A DNA stretch of 63,914 bases, filler included, from Thraustochytrium aureum (taxonomy: Eukaryota), in assembly GCA_012862495.1 (NCBI GenBank). It is 6 parts of one record of this genome, joined end to end, with 100 filler letters (N's around TTAATTAATTAA, not from the genome) between each part and the next. Parts side by side here need not be neighbours in the genome. Positions count along the whole stretch, not along the records: positions 31,716 to 38,522 come from BLSG01000216.1; positions 38,623 to 45,282 come from BLSG01000216.1; positions 45,383 to 55,597 come from BLSG01000216.1; 3 more parts are not named here. One strand, 5' to 3'. The notes below the pieces were generated by a model that worked only from the letters and a program-made list of their open reading frames with translations, was not told where the DNA came from and did no database searches. A program made the position numbers and the translations under genes. Shown here piece by piece: positions 35,965-47,622 of this stretch. Each line of letters begins with the position of its first letter. Positions within the stretch are counted from its first letter, which is position 1.

Positions 35965-36229
35965 ACGCCCCACGCATGCTAGGCCTAGAGACCTGTCTGG
36001 TTGGTTTGGAGCCCCATCCGTCGGCCCGTCCTGCGGAGTTCGCGAGATCCTCCTGCTCCCACGGGACGCTCCACCATCGCCTGCGGAGGCCCTCTCGAGC
36101 AAGGACCGTGAGCAGAAAAAGGGTTGCGAGCGCCGGCCACGCGAGGGGCCCAGCCACAGCCGCAACCGCAGCGCGAAGCGCCACTGCAGCACCAAGGGCG
36201 ACTGCAGCTCGAACCGGAGCGCCGTCCAT
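35965..36229 (-). CDS. Hypothetical membrane protein, N-terminal fragment before gap
   Basis: MDGAPVRAAVALGAAVALRAAVAAVAGPLAWPALATLFLLTVLAREG: two hydrophobic stretches; divergent from the POP gene. Confidence 0.35.
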
Positions 36230-36558
36230 GACAAGGACTGCCACGCGGTCAAGTCGCTCTCCTCTCGCACTCTCCTCGGCGAGTCCTCTTCCACGTCGTC
36301 GCGTTTCGCTACGAAGCATTCTCTGTTCACGATCAAGAGAATGAACGATCTCTCTTCGCTGCGTTGAAGCTGCAACCACCACAGGCTGGTTTGGACGCAC
36401 TCCAAACCAGTGCGGCACCACTGCCCGCGCTTCAGGGCAAGAGGGAAAGGCGAGCGCGCCCAAGTATTGCAAGCAACGGGTCCGCGCACGCCCCGAGCAC
36501 GGACGGCTGCAAAAGGCGGCACGAAGAAACGATTTTGCACCCGTTGCCTCGCAGAACG

Positions 36559-38522
36559 ATGGCGACGCGGTGGCTTCACCGACTGGCTACGGCAACGCGC
36601 GGCCAGCGGCTCGGGGCAAATCGAGTCGCGCTCCAATGGACCGCGAGCAGGGGGCATGCGACCAAGAAAACGTCGAAGGCCTCTGACTTCATGCCGCTCA
36701 AGGCGCACATCGTGGACACGGTTGCGCGGGCCGAGGGCTTCATGGAAAAGGTCCAGGAGTTTGGGCCGACTGTCGTGTACGGATGCGACACTGAGGCCGC
36801 CATCGACCTCGGCAGCGAGAGCCCTGTCGAGAACGGGACCGTGACGTGTATCTCAGTCTACGCGAGCAAGGAGCACTCGTTCGGCGACAGCCCGTTTGTC
36901 TGGATCGACATCCTTGACGGGGAGGAAGGCGTACTGGAGACGGTGAAGCCATTCTTCGAGTCCGAGAGCTGTGGCAAGGTTTGGCACAACTACAGTTTTG
37001 ATCGTCACATTCTGTTCAACCACGGCGTGGACTGCAAGGGGCTGGCCGCCGACACGATGCACATGGCGCGCCTGTACGACTCGTCGTTGGGGAAAGAGTC
37101 CGGCAGCAAAGGCTATTCGCTGGAGGCCCTCAGCTCGGCCTTCCTGCACAAGGACATGTCCAAGACATCAATGAAAGAACTCTTCGGGCGGCCAGTCCTC
37201 CTGAAAAACGGCACGCCCGGGAGGACGCGCGAGCTTCCTCCCGTCGCCGACATCCAGCGCGACCCGGAGCTGCGCGACAAGTGGATCCGATACAGCTGCT
37301 ACGACGCGATGTGCACGGTTGAGCTTTACCACGTGTTCCGCAAGTTGTTGTCCAACACAGAGTGGACTCGGCCAGACCCCGTCCCTCTGGTGGGCGATGC
37401 TGGGCTGAGCAAGAACGGCAAGGTCGTGCAGCGCCTGGGCAGCATGATGCACCTTTACGAGCGGTACCTTGTCCCGTTCGCGCAGGTCCTCACCGACATC
37501 GAGCGAGAGGGGTTCCAGGTCGACGTTGGCCACCTCCAGAGGATCGAGCTGGAGGCAGAGCAAGTCGCGCAGGATTACATCGATCGCTTCAGGCAGTGGA
37601 CGTTCCACTCCGGTGCTTTCAGCACCCTCGAGGACGCGACCGCTTTCAACCCAGGCTCCGCGACGCAGCGCCAGTACCTCTTCTTCGCGCAGAACGGAAT
37701 GCTAAAAGCCAACCCGAAACGCGTTCTTGCCCTGCAGCGCCTGGCCCAAAAGGCCGATGGCGCCGAGCTCGCGGATGTCGAAGCGGACCTTGCGAAACTG
37801 GAGAGCAAGGCGGCCGACTTCAAGGTAGAAAACTTGATCGGCTATGTCGAGCCCGGCAAGAAGGCGCCTCTGAAACACCGCTCGGTTCGGGTGATCGGGC
37901 TCGGATTGACGCCCCCCGAGTTTACGTCGTCACACTGGCCCTCTACCGCGTCAAATGTGATGGAAGCGCTCGCAGGGCGGCCGGACGACGGTGTTTTCGG
38001 AACGGCCAAGGACGACATTGTCCGAATCCTTAAGAAGAACAAGTCGTGCACGCGGGCGGAGGCTGAGCAGCGGGGCGAAGACGCCTGTCGCGCGATCGAC
38101 CACCTCACCAAGGCGAACGCGACAGAGAAGCTCCTCAACACGTTCATTCGGCCGCTGCAGGAGAGACTTGATTCGAAGAACCGCGTGCACTGCTCGCTCA
38201 ACCTCAACACGGAAACCGGCCGACTCAGTTCGCGCAACCCCAACCTCCAAAACCAGCCCGCCTTGGAAAAGGACGTGTTTCGCATCCGCAAGGCGTTCAC
38301 GTGCCGCGAGGGCACCTCCCTGGTTGTGGCAGACTACGGGCAGCTCGAGCTGCGTGTTTTGGCCCACCTCGCAGGCTGCAAGTCGATGATCGAGGCCTTC
38401 AAGCTGGGCGGCGACTTTCACAGTCGAACCGCGATCGGGATGTACCCGAACATCCGCAAGGAGCTGGAGGCGGGCACGGTGCTGCTTGAGTGGGACGGCG
38501 ACGGGAACGAGGCCCCCGCGCC
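36559..38522 (+). CDS. POP: Plant/protist organellar DNA polymerase (POP, family A) with 3'-5' exonuclease; 3'-truncated
   Basis: Transit-peptide-like MATRWLHRLATATRGQRL; GCDTE, KVWHNYSFDRH, DTMHMARLYDSS, YSLEALS, W..YS.YDA, TETGRLSSRNPNLQNQPALEKD, LVVADYGQLELRVLAHLAGC.SMI.AF..GGDFHSRTA. Confidence 0.92.
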
Positions 38523-38566
38523 NNNNNNNNNNNNNNNNNNNNNNNNNNNNNNNNNNNNNNNNNNNN

Positions 38567-38578
38567 TTAATTAATTAA
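38567..38578. other. Artificial scaffold spacer
   Basis: N44-TTAATTAATTAA-N44. Confidence 0.95.
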
Positions 38579-39256
38579 NNNNNNNNNNNNNNNNNNNNNN
38601 NNNNNNNNNNNNNNNNNNNNNNATCGATCTCGCGCACTTGCCGTCGCGCGTGCCGGTGTGCGACGCTCTCTGCGTCACGTTTGTTGGTGTTGCCTCTCCT
38701 CGGTGGTGCCAACAGGCAGCCCAAAAGTGCTGGAAAACCGCGAAAGTCGCCGACTCCGACCTTCCAAGACGACAAGTGACCCTGAATGACCTTGAGGAGC
38801 AAGTGCGGCTCGAGCGAAATCGAGAGGCTCTGAAGAGCAGGCGAGTCCATCACATCTCGAACGAGATCGACAGGCGCGCCACTGTCGGCACTGGCACGCG
38901 ATGACCATTTCGTTTGGGTGGCTGCGGCCAAGTGGCCGTGGGCACCAACCACTGCCTTCCGAGCAGAGTCCGGCGCTCCGACGGCGGAGGCGTGGTGCGA
39001 GCGACGAGATCTTGATTTATTCAGCCACTGCAAAGCTTGATGGGTGGTCTCACAAGCCCCAGGACAGACGGCGACGTGTGGCCATTCTTGCGCCGACGAC
39101 CTGCACCCGCACATCGCACATCGCACATCAATCAAGGCACCGGCAGTCACCGAACCAGCAGAGGCGAGCGGCACGCGCTGATTTACACAGAGACTGGGCG
39201 CCCGGCGGCAACGGGGCAGCGAACGGAGCAGAGGAAAGCGAGCCGCTGAATAGAGG

Positions 39257-42126
39257 ATGGAGAAAGCGGCCGCGCGCCTCGCGGCCGTCGCGGTCGTCGC
39301 GGTGTGCGCCTGCGTGGCCGCTGCTGCGCCCGTGATGAACGGGGACACGGGGACTGGCCGGAGACGTCCCGCATCCACCCGAGCTTCTCGGAGGCCTTTG
39401 ATCCTGCGGTGCAAGAGGCGCTCTACATGCAGGCCGACGACGAGTTCCTGTACTTTTTCCTCAAGGCGCGCGAAGGGTCCGGCACAGGCGCGTCGAGCGA
39501 CCTGTTCGCCTTCACGTCGTCCACGACAATCTACATCGACACCGACCTCAACCCTACCACAGGCTACTCGGGCACCTCCGCGCCCCTCGGCTTTGATGTC
39601 ATGATCATTCCGCAATTCAACTGGTGGACCCCGGGGTCGTTTGGCGCCAACGCCATCGACGTGATGGGCCCGTGCGCGAGGTACGACGGCTCCTGCTCCT
39701 CCACCCTCTTGTTTTCCGTGCCAACCTCCGAAGTCGGCGTCTTTGAACGGCCTGGGAGCTCCTTCGGCCGCGGCGTGGAGTTCCGCCTCTCTCGCGCCCA
39801 GCTCGCGGCTGCCACGGGCCGCCCCGTCGGCGACGTGGAGATCTCGATGACCCTGTGGGTCAAGACGGACGACGGCAAAAAAAAGCACTCCGTGGTGGGC
39901 CCCAGCTACTCCAAAAACATGTACGGGTTTTACCGCGACGCCATTGCCCCGCCTCCCTGCACTCGAAACGAAGGCTTGCGCGGGGCCGTCGTCTACTCGA
40001 ACCTTTTGCGCGACTCGTTCTACAATGACAAGAACTATGTGCAGCTGTTCATGAGCATGCAGCACCAGATGCGCCAGGCCGGGGTGCCCACGGACCGGAT
40101 CTACCTGCAAGACTTGTACGACTACTCGGCCATGTGCCACATGGACGTCATCCTGCTGCCCGAGGTCACCTACGTGGCCATCGAAGAGATCGCGCTGTTC
40201 CGCCGAGCCCTCTTCATGCTCGTGCACCGGTATGGGGTGGGCGTGGTCGCCTCTGGCAACGTCAACGCCGCACTGGCCCCGGGCCTCGCCATGCCCGGCT
40301 CCTCCTCGTACACGTTGCGCTCGCTGTTCGGGGTCGCCCAAACGGGCGCCTACTCCACGACCAAGATCGAGGTCTTTGTCTCCGACGTCTCGACCTCCGT
40401 CTTCGGCGATCTCGCGCTCAACCAGGTCTTCATGGACGAGACCGAAGTGGGCTCGCAGACGACCACGTTCGCCGCAGCGTCCTCGACGAGCCGCTTCACC
40501 GTCAACGCCGTCGCGCGCCAGCGCTTCGACATCCAGGACGGCGCCACAGGGCAGGAAGGCAACGCGATCCTGACCTCGGAAATCAAGCAGGGCGACAGCC
40601 TGTTCGGCGCCGCGTCTGGCCGCATCGCTCACATTGCGCGGCTCGGGATTCTGGGCAACTCCAACGCGGTATGGCGCGCGGTGGACTGGGTCGTCCAGGG
40701 CCGCCGCCCAATTACGATGGGTCTGCAGGCTGGTCGCTTTAGCGGTCTCTTCACCACCCGCGTCGACTGCGACAACACGCGGTACTTCCACACGGCAGGA
40801 TTCATGATCCCCTTCATGATCAGCAACTGGTCAAGGCCTTGGTACGACAAGTACGGCGCCGTGGCGAGCTACTACATCAACATCGGTGATGAACCTGAGC
40901 GAGGGCGGTACACCGACTGGGAGCGCTCCGGCGAGTGGTACAATGACCTCCTCTCCTTCGAGAACGAAATTGGCTCACACTCGTACAATCACCCTTTCGA
41001 CATAAGCGACCCAGCCGTGAACCTCGACTACGAGTTCGGCACAGCACAGACCGTCATTGCGAACAAGCTCGGGCTCTCGCGCCTTGGCGCCGCGCAGCCT
41101 GGCGCCACGGAGAAGCTCTGGGTCGCGGAACGGATGAACGACATCATGCCCGAGACATACTTTTCGGGGGGCTACTCTGGCGTGCGAGCCGGCTTCCCCG
41201 GGGCGTTTGGCTTCCTGCGGCCCGACCTCAACATGGTCTACGTGGCACCCAACATAAACTTTGACTTTACACTCATCGCGTTCCAGAAGATGACCGCGGA
41301 GCAGGCCTCAGAACGCTGGGCCAAGGACTTTGATCGCGCCTCCAGCCTCGGCAAGCAGCCCACGTACCACTGGCCGATCCACGACTACGCCGCAGGCNNN
41401 NNNNNNNNNNNNNNNNNNNNNNNNNNNNNNNNNNNNNNNNNNNNNNNNNNNNNNNNNNNNNNNNNNNNNNNNNNNNNNNNNNNNNNNNNNNNNNNNNNNN
41501 NNNNNNNNNNNNNNNNNNNNNNNNNNNNATGTTTACGGGCGTGCTCGAAGACGCGGTCCAGAGCGGGGCCGAGTTTCTCACCGTGCTGGACCTGCGGATC
41601 GCATCCGCGCGCACGAGGCGGCGCGTGTTCAAATAACTCCAGGCACCAGCGCGAGCGAGCTCACGGTTGAGGTGGTCCCTGCTGAGGGCAAGCCAGTGGG
41701 CCGCCTGGCGCTCGACCTGATGCAGCCCAACCCTGCCGCACCGCTCCGCATTCATTCTGTGGTGGGCCACTACGCCTTTTCAGACACCAAGATCTTTCTT
41801 CCCGAGCTCGGGGGCGTTTTCCAGGTCCAGTAGGCGCTGGCGCCACGCCACCAAGCGAGCAGGTCACGCGCGTGGTCGTTCTGCCGCAGCGCGTCAAGCT
41901 CCTGCAAGTCCAAGGCAACGGCGCAGACATCAACGTCCAATTTGAGGGCCGCGGCCGCGTTGAAATCCAGCTCAACCCAAACATCGCCGCGCGCTCGTAC
42001 TCGTACTCGGCGTGGACCGAGGGCGTGGACACGATCCAAACGTGCGCCCAGCTGGAGCCCGCGTCCCACAGGCTGGCGTTGAACTTCGATCGCCCTGGGG
42101 TCCACCAAGTGGTCGTCCGCTCATAA
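39257..42126 (+). CDS. Secreted multidomain protein with DOMON/CBM9-like N-terminus and polysaccharide deacetylase (NodB/CE4-like) domain; indels at ~39350, ~41594, ~41829 and a gap
   Basis: Signal MEKAAARLAAVAVVAVCACVAAA; NGDT(G)DW..LYFFLK..IYIDTDLNPTTGY; TRVDCD, YYINIG, ENEIGSHSYNHP, WPIHDY, GAEFLTVLDL(A)DRI; C-terminal beta-rich region to TAA at 42124-42126. Confidence 0.72.
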
Positions 42127-42283
42127 GTGGCTCCTGGGTGGAGTACAGTACCTAACCAGCGCAAATGCCGCACTTTGGTGTTTTTGTTTTCCCGCTCCCC
42201 CGTCCTCTAGCGTGCTCTTACCAACCTGGTCCAGACGACCTCGCGACCGCACAGCGCAGGCCGTCTTTGAAAGCAAGCGACGC

Positions 42284-45282
42284 CTAGTGGAAGTTGCGTA
42301 GCCGTCCCTGCTCGTAAATCTCGCGCAGCTTGTGCTCGAGTACGCCGCGGTCGCGGAATTTGCAATACTCCTTGTAGACGCGCAGCGCGGTCCGAGCGTC
42401 CTCGATCGAGTCGTGCGTCTTGCCCTGGATGTCAAGTCCGAGCAAATAGCTCGCCAAGAAGCTGAGCGACAGGAACCGGTTGTTCGGAACGTGGAAGAGG
42501 TGGACCGTGTCCACGACCTGCTCGGGAGGCACAAATATGTTGATCACGCGAAAGTCCTTTCGCAGGCCGTGCCCCACCAAGATGCAACCGCGCTCCACGA
42601 GCCGCCACAGCTTGAGGTACGCCACACGCAAGGGAACGAGATGGTGCGTCGACGTCGCAGGGTCAAGATCGCCGGGCAGCAGGCCGCTAAAACGGGTCAA
42701 AAAGTCCACCACCGCCTCCGGGGTCAAGATGTAGTCGTCAATGAAGACCGTCTCGTCGCGCAGCGTGCAGCTCAGACGCGCGAGGCTCAGCTGCGCCTGG
42801 CGCGTCACCACCTTGCGACCTTCCTGGTTGATGTACGACTCCTCGGTGGAGAGCGCCACCATCTCGCAGTCGATCGCGACGAGATCGCCCTTGCCAGGCA
42901 GCTGGTCCGCCTCCAACTTTGTGAACGTGTGCCGCGCCGGCGGCTTGAGCGCCATCGACGGAGCGCCAAACACCTTTTCGTCAGCAAGCTTGAGCTTGGG
43001 ATCTGCGCTAAGCCGCTTGAGGGCCTCCTGCGCCCCAGCCCCGGTGGCGCCGCGCTGCCTGTACAAAAAGATCCCCGGGTTGCGCCAAGGCCCGCGAAAG
43101 TCGAGCACCTCGCTCGCGTCTACTACCTTGGAGACAGCAAAGTCGTTGAACAGGAGCCACTCTTCTTGCGCCACCGCGTTGCCTGCGAATGACGAACTCG
43201 CTCGCCGGCGCTGCTGCTGCGCCCCCTCGGCAATGGCAGCCGCCGCGGCAGCCCCGCCACCCTCGGCTCGAGACCGCTCGTTGGCCCGCTCTGCGTACTC
43301 GTGAGGGACTTTGATGTGCGCGACCAAGTGGTTGCTTGGGTAGATGTGCGAGACGACCGCGTAGAGTTCAAACTCGTAGGTCGTGGTCTTGGCGCCGGCG
43401 CCCGATTTTGCCGACCCGAGCCCGACGCCTTCCAGGACCTTGATCGACGTCGCCGCCGGAACCGCAGGAGACGCACCTTGGCCGTGCGCCTTCCCTTTCT
43501 TGCCAACGCCGCGCTTGCCCTTGCGCGGCGTGCCAGATTCTTGCCCTTGGTGGTCCGGGCAAGCCGCGTCGCTCGCAGCCTGCGTGACGAGGACCGTGAA
43601 GGCGCTCGGGACAAAGACCCTGCCTGCGTTGGCCTTTTGCCTGTAGAGCGGCAGGTACACCGAGCGGTTGTCATGCGAGGCCGCGTTGATGATCAGGCAG
43701 TCCTTGAACTCGGTCACCGTCTTGGTCTGCACAACAGGCACCTGCTCGTTCCGGTGCTTGCTCCAGAGCTTGGTGCGTTTGCTCTGCGACAGCGTCTGCT
43801 GCAACAGGTCGCAGAACTTGATGTCGGGCAGCACGCCGTCGTGAAGGATCGCCTTGCTCAGCTCACTCGGGTAGTGAATGTCGAGCGCGAGCGAGGTGTT
43901 TACCCTGTGCGAGTCCTCCACGCCCTGCGCAAGCCACTTTTCGCGGTGCGCGAACTGGATCCCAAACGTCTCGGCAATCCCAAACTTGAGCGCTTTGTGG
44001 CTCCGGCTAAACTGTTCCAGCAGGAATCTGGTAAACGCCCCGGTGCGCTCGTCCGGCTCGAGCTGCGAAGGCTCAAGCAGGCCCAGGGCTTGGGCGTCAG
44101 GGGCGAGCCGGAACGCGCGCAGGAGGTTTCCAGCAGCGCAACTCTTCGTCTTGGACCGCACGGTTTGCGCCTGGTCCAGCATCTTGAAGAGAAACCCAGC
44201 CTCCGTAGCCAAGCAGTTGGGGTCATCCGAGATAAACCCGACAAGCAACGAGTGCAGCTCGCGCTGAAAGTACAGCACCTGAAGCACCGAGTTGGCAAAG
44301 CTGTTGGGCATGCTTGCCTCCAAACCGGCAAAGGGGGTCTCGTTGTGGCGCCCGTAGTCAAAGTCAGTGAGCCCGATGTTGCTGAGCTTCAGCTCTGGCT
44401 GGCGGAAGCGCTCCGGGATCCCGGCAAGCATCGCCTCAAGCGACTTGCCAGCTGCGCGCTCGCCGCCAACGGCCCCGCTGCCCGTTTCCAACAAACTCGC
44501 GCCCCATCATCGCCACGCTGCCAGGCCAAGGCACGCTGCGGAGATCCGGGTCCGCCCCCGATGGGCCCGCCGCCAGGCCCGGCGGCCGACGCGAGGAGCT
44601 CGGCACCATCCACTCCGCTGACGTAGGCCCGCCTCGCGGTCTCTTTGCCAAACAGGAAGGCGTGGTTCATGGCGAACTCCTCCGGCTTGGTTTCAATGAA
44701 CTGCCCCGGAAAGTCGCGCTTCGTCTGCGCGCGCGCCAACAGGTCCGGGTGGATCGAGCGCACCTGGCGGTCGATAACAAGCTTGTTCCCAAGTAGGGGC
44801 GGCATTGCGCTCGCGTAAAGCTCCTCGACGTCGCTGCCGCGGTGGCCGTCAAACTGGTTTTCCATGAACGCGCTCTGGTTGACGACGTCGCTTTGCGACT
44901 CGTCCCAGAACTCTAGCGCGCTCATCCGCTTGTCGCTCGCCGCAAAGCTCGGCGCCGGATGCTCCTCGATGGGCTCTGGGAACGCGTTGACGTTGCGCTG
45001 CGGCTCGTCCACCCAGCGGTCGTCGTCTGACCACAGGTGGGTGTGACCAGCGCTGTCTACGAACGCCGCCGCGCGGCCCTGCGCGCTGACGGCCATGCCC
45101 ACGATTGTCCCTCCGCCTGTCTGGATCTGGTCCATCTGCTCGACTCGGGCCCCTGGCCCAAGGTGCAGGTCGCGGTAGGTCTGGACGTTGCCCGTCTCGC
45201 TCACAAACATGGCGCGCGCCTCGAACCCAGGCAGGAACCGCAGGTAGCGCGCTTGCACTTGGAGGACGCCAAGCGACCGAGC
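42284..45282 (-). CDS. PAN2: PAN2 poly(A)-specific deadenylase catalytic subunit, 5'-truncated; indel near 44505
   Basis: End of WD40 region; DFDY..HN.T.FAGLE..PNSFANSVLQVLYF; CLATE.GFLFKML; UCH-like domain; DEDD RNase: AIDCEMV, FIDDYI, D.LTRFSG..PGDLDP, VGHGL.KDFRVINI, HDSIEDARTAL. Confidence 0.95.
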
Positions 45283-45326
45283 NNNNNNNNNNNNNNNNNN
45301 NNNNNNNNNNNNNNNNNNNNNNNNNN

Positions 45327-45338
45327 TTAATTAATTAA
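45327..45338. other. Artificial scaffold spacer
   Basis: N44-TTAATTAATTAA-N44. Confidence 0.95.
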
Positions 45339-45473
45339 NNNNNNNNNNNNNNNNNNNNNNNNNNNNNNNNNNNNNNNNNNNNGTCGAGGTGTCGAGGCGG
45401 GCTCAGGTAGCTAGCTAGCTCCGTGTGCGGTTTCGGGTTTGACGGTGGACAGGCCGAGAAGACGGCGAGCAGG

Positions 45474-47154
45474 ATGGCGCAATTTGGATTGTACGGGCTG
45501 GCGGTGATGGGCCAGAACTTTGCGCTCAATGTGGCGGAGAAGGGGTTCACCATCTCGGTGTGCAACCGGTCGGCGTCCAAGGTGGACGACTGCGTCAAGC
45601 GCGCAGCCGAGGAGCTCGGGGACCAGAAGGACAACCTCAAGGGCTACAAGGACCCGGAAGAGTTTGTCACCTCGCTGGCGAAGCCGCGCAAGGTCATGTT
45701 TCTCGTGAAGGCCGGGGCCCCGGTTGACGTAAGTGTACCCCGAGCAGGACTAGCGCCGCTGAGCCGCTGGCGCTCCCGCCGCGGCGGAGGGCCGAGCAAC
45801 CCCGGCCGCCTCACTAACCCAGTTTCACTTGCGACAGGCCTGCATCGACCTGTTCTTGGACCTGCTGGAGCCAGGGGACGTGCTCATCGACGGCGGCAAC
45901 GTAAGTAGCTCAGGGCCGCAAGATTGCGCGGCGCCGAGCAGCGCACTAACTAGCTCGCCCTTCGCGCCACGGCGCGCGTCCCGGACCGCAGGAGTGGTAC
46001 GAAAACTCGCAGCGCCGCGGCAAGCGCACCGCCGAGAAGGGTGTCATGTACATGGCCATGGGTGTGAGCGGCGGCGAGGAGGGCGCCCGCAACGGCCCCT
46101 CGCTGATGCCTGGCGGCCCCCGCGAGGCGTTCGACCTCATCAAACCGATCATCGAAAAGGTGGCCGCCCAGACCGACAGCGGCCCCTGCACGACGTACAT
46201 CGGGCCCGACGGCGCCGGCAATTACGTCAAGACGATCCACAACGGCATCGAGTACTCCGACATGCAGCTGATCGGAGAGGCCTACACGGTCCTGAAGACC
46301 ATTGGCGGCATCAGCAATGACGAGCTCGCCAAGGTGTTCACCGAGTGGAACACGCAAGAGCTGGACAGCTTTCTGATCGAGATCACCTCCCTGATCCTTG
46401 CCAAGAAAGACGTCGACGTCTTCAACGTTGAGACGCACCAGCGCCTGAGCCCGAACGAGTCCGGCTCGCTTGTAGACCAGGTCCTCGACCGCACGGGGAA
46501 CAAGGGCACGGGCAAGATGACGGTCAAGGAGGGCGCAGACCGCGCCGTCGCCGTCGGCAGCATCGGCGCCGCGCTCGACGCGCGCTTCATCGCCTTTGAC
46601 AAGGACTCGCGCGCAGAGATCGCCCCCATGCTGGACGGCCCCACGCAGATGCCCGAGGTGGACAAGGAGCAGCTTATCGACGACGTGCGCAACGCGCTCT
46701 ACTGCTGCAAGATCTGCTCGTATGCCCAGGGCATGAACTTGATCCGCCAGGCCTCGAACGAGTTCGATTGGGGCATCGACCTCGGCGAGTGCGCGCGCAT
46801 CTGAAGGGGGGCTGCATCATCCGGGCCAAGATCCTGGACCGCATCAAGCGCGCCTACGACAAGGACGCCAACCTGGTCAACCTCATGATCGACCCCGACT
46901 TCAAGGAGGAGATGGCCCAAAAGCAAAAGTCGTGGCGCCGCATCGTGAGCCTCTGCGCCGCTACGGGACTCCCGGTCCCGTCGATGTACGCCTCCTTGGC
47001 GTACTTTGATCAGTACCGGCGCGAGACGCTCATCTCGGCTTCGCTTGTGCAGGCGCAGCGCGACTTCTTCGGCTCGCACACCTTTGAGCGCATGGACAAG
47101 CCGCGCGGCGAGATGTACCACTGCAAGTGGACCGACAAGCACTACGAGAGCTAG
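45474..47154 (+). CDS. gnd: 6-phosphogluconate dehydrogenase, decarboxylating; 3 exons; 1-nt deletion at ~46803
   Basis: GLAVMGQNFALN, introns 45729-45837 and 45901-45991 (GTAAGT/CTAAC/CAG), IDGGN|EWY, MGVSGGEEGAR.GPSLMPGG, HNGIEY, KGTG, ARI(W)KGGCIIRA, QAQRDFFGSHTFER. Confidence 0.96.
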
Positions 47155-47622
47155 AGGCCGCCGAGCCTGCATGCCTGCCTGCATGCCTGCCTGCGTACCG
47201 CCCCCCGAAGGCGTCGCTGGACACACCACACCATTACGGAGCGAAAAGTGGACGAGCGACCTGAATCGCGCGCCGCCCTCTGCTGCGAGGTGCGCGCGCC
47301 ATGTGAAACCGCTCTTCTACTCCTCGATCTTCCTCGTNNNNNNNNNNNNNNNNNNNNNNNNNNNNNNNNNNNNNNNNNNNNNNNNNNNNNNNNNNNNNNN
47401 NNNNNNNNNNNNNNNNNNNNNNNNNNNNNNNNNNNNNNNNNNNNNNNNNNNNNNNNNNNNNNNNNNNNNNNNNNNNNNNNNNNNNNNNNNNNNNNNNNNN
47501 NNNNNNNNNNNNNNNNNNNNNNNNNNNNNNNNNNNNNNNNNNNNNNNNNNNNNNNNNNNNNNNNCCGTCGCGCGGCGCCAAGCCGCTCGCAACGGAAACG
47601 GCCGCCATGGCCCGCAGCCCGC

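Noticed and set aside
38623..38904. Possible 3' end of a gene at scaffold start
   Set aside because: Short open frame with no recognisable motif; cannot be supported.
38575..40791. Long antisense ORFs (738 aa here; also 26150-27976, 43301-44626, 6659-7705)
   Set aside because: Shadow ORFs opposite real genes, expected from GC-rich codon bias; no motifs.
45474..47154. Pseudogene calls for frameshifted genes (6PGD, PAN2, RAD5-like, ATPase)
   Set aside because: Sequence conservation is intact on both sides and the shifts sit at homopolymers.
47165..47194. GCCTGCAT/GCCT short repeat (similar to the AGGC run at 4723-4755)
   Set aside because: Simple low-complexity UTR microsatellite; no spacer structure.
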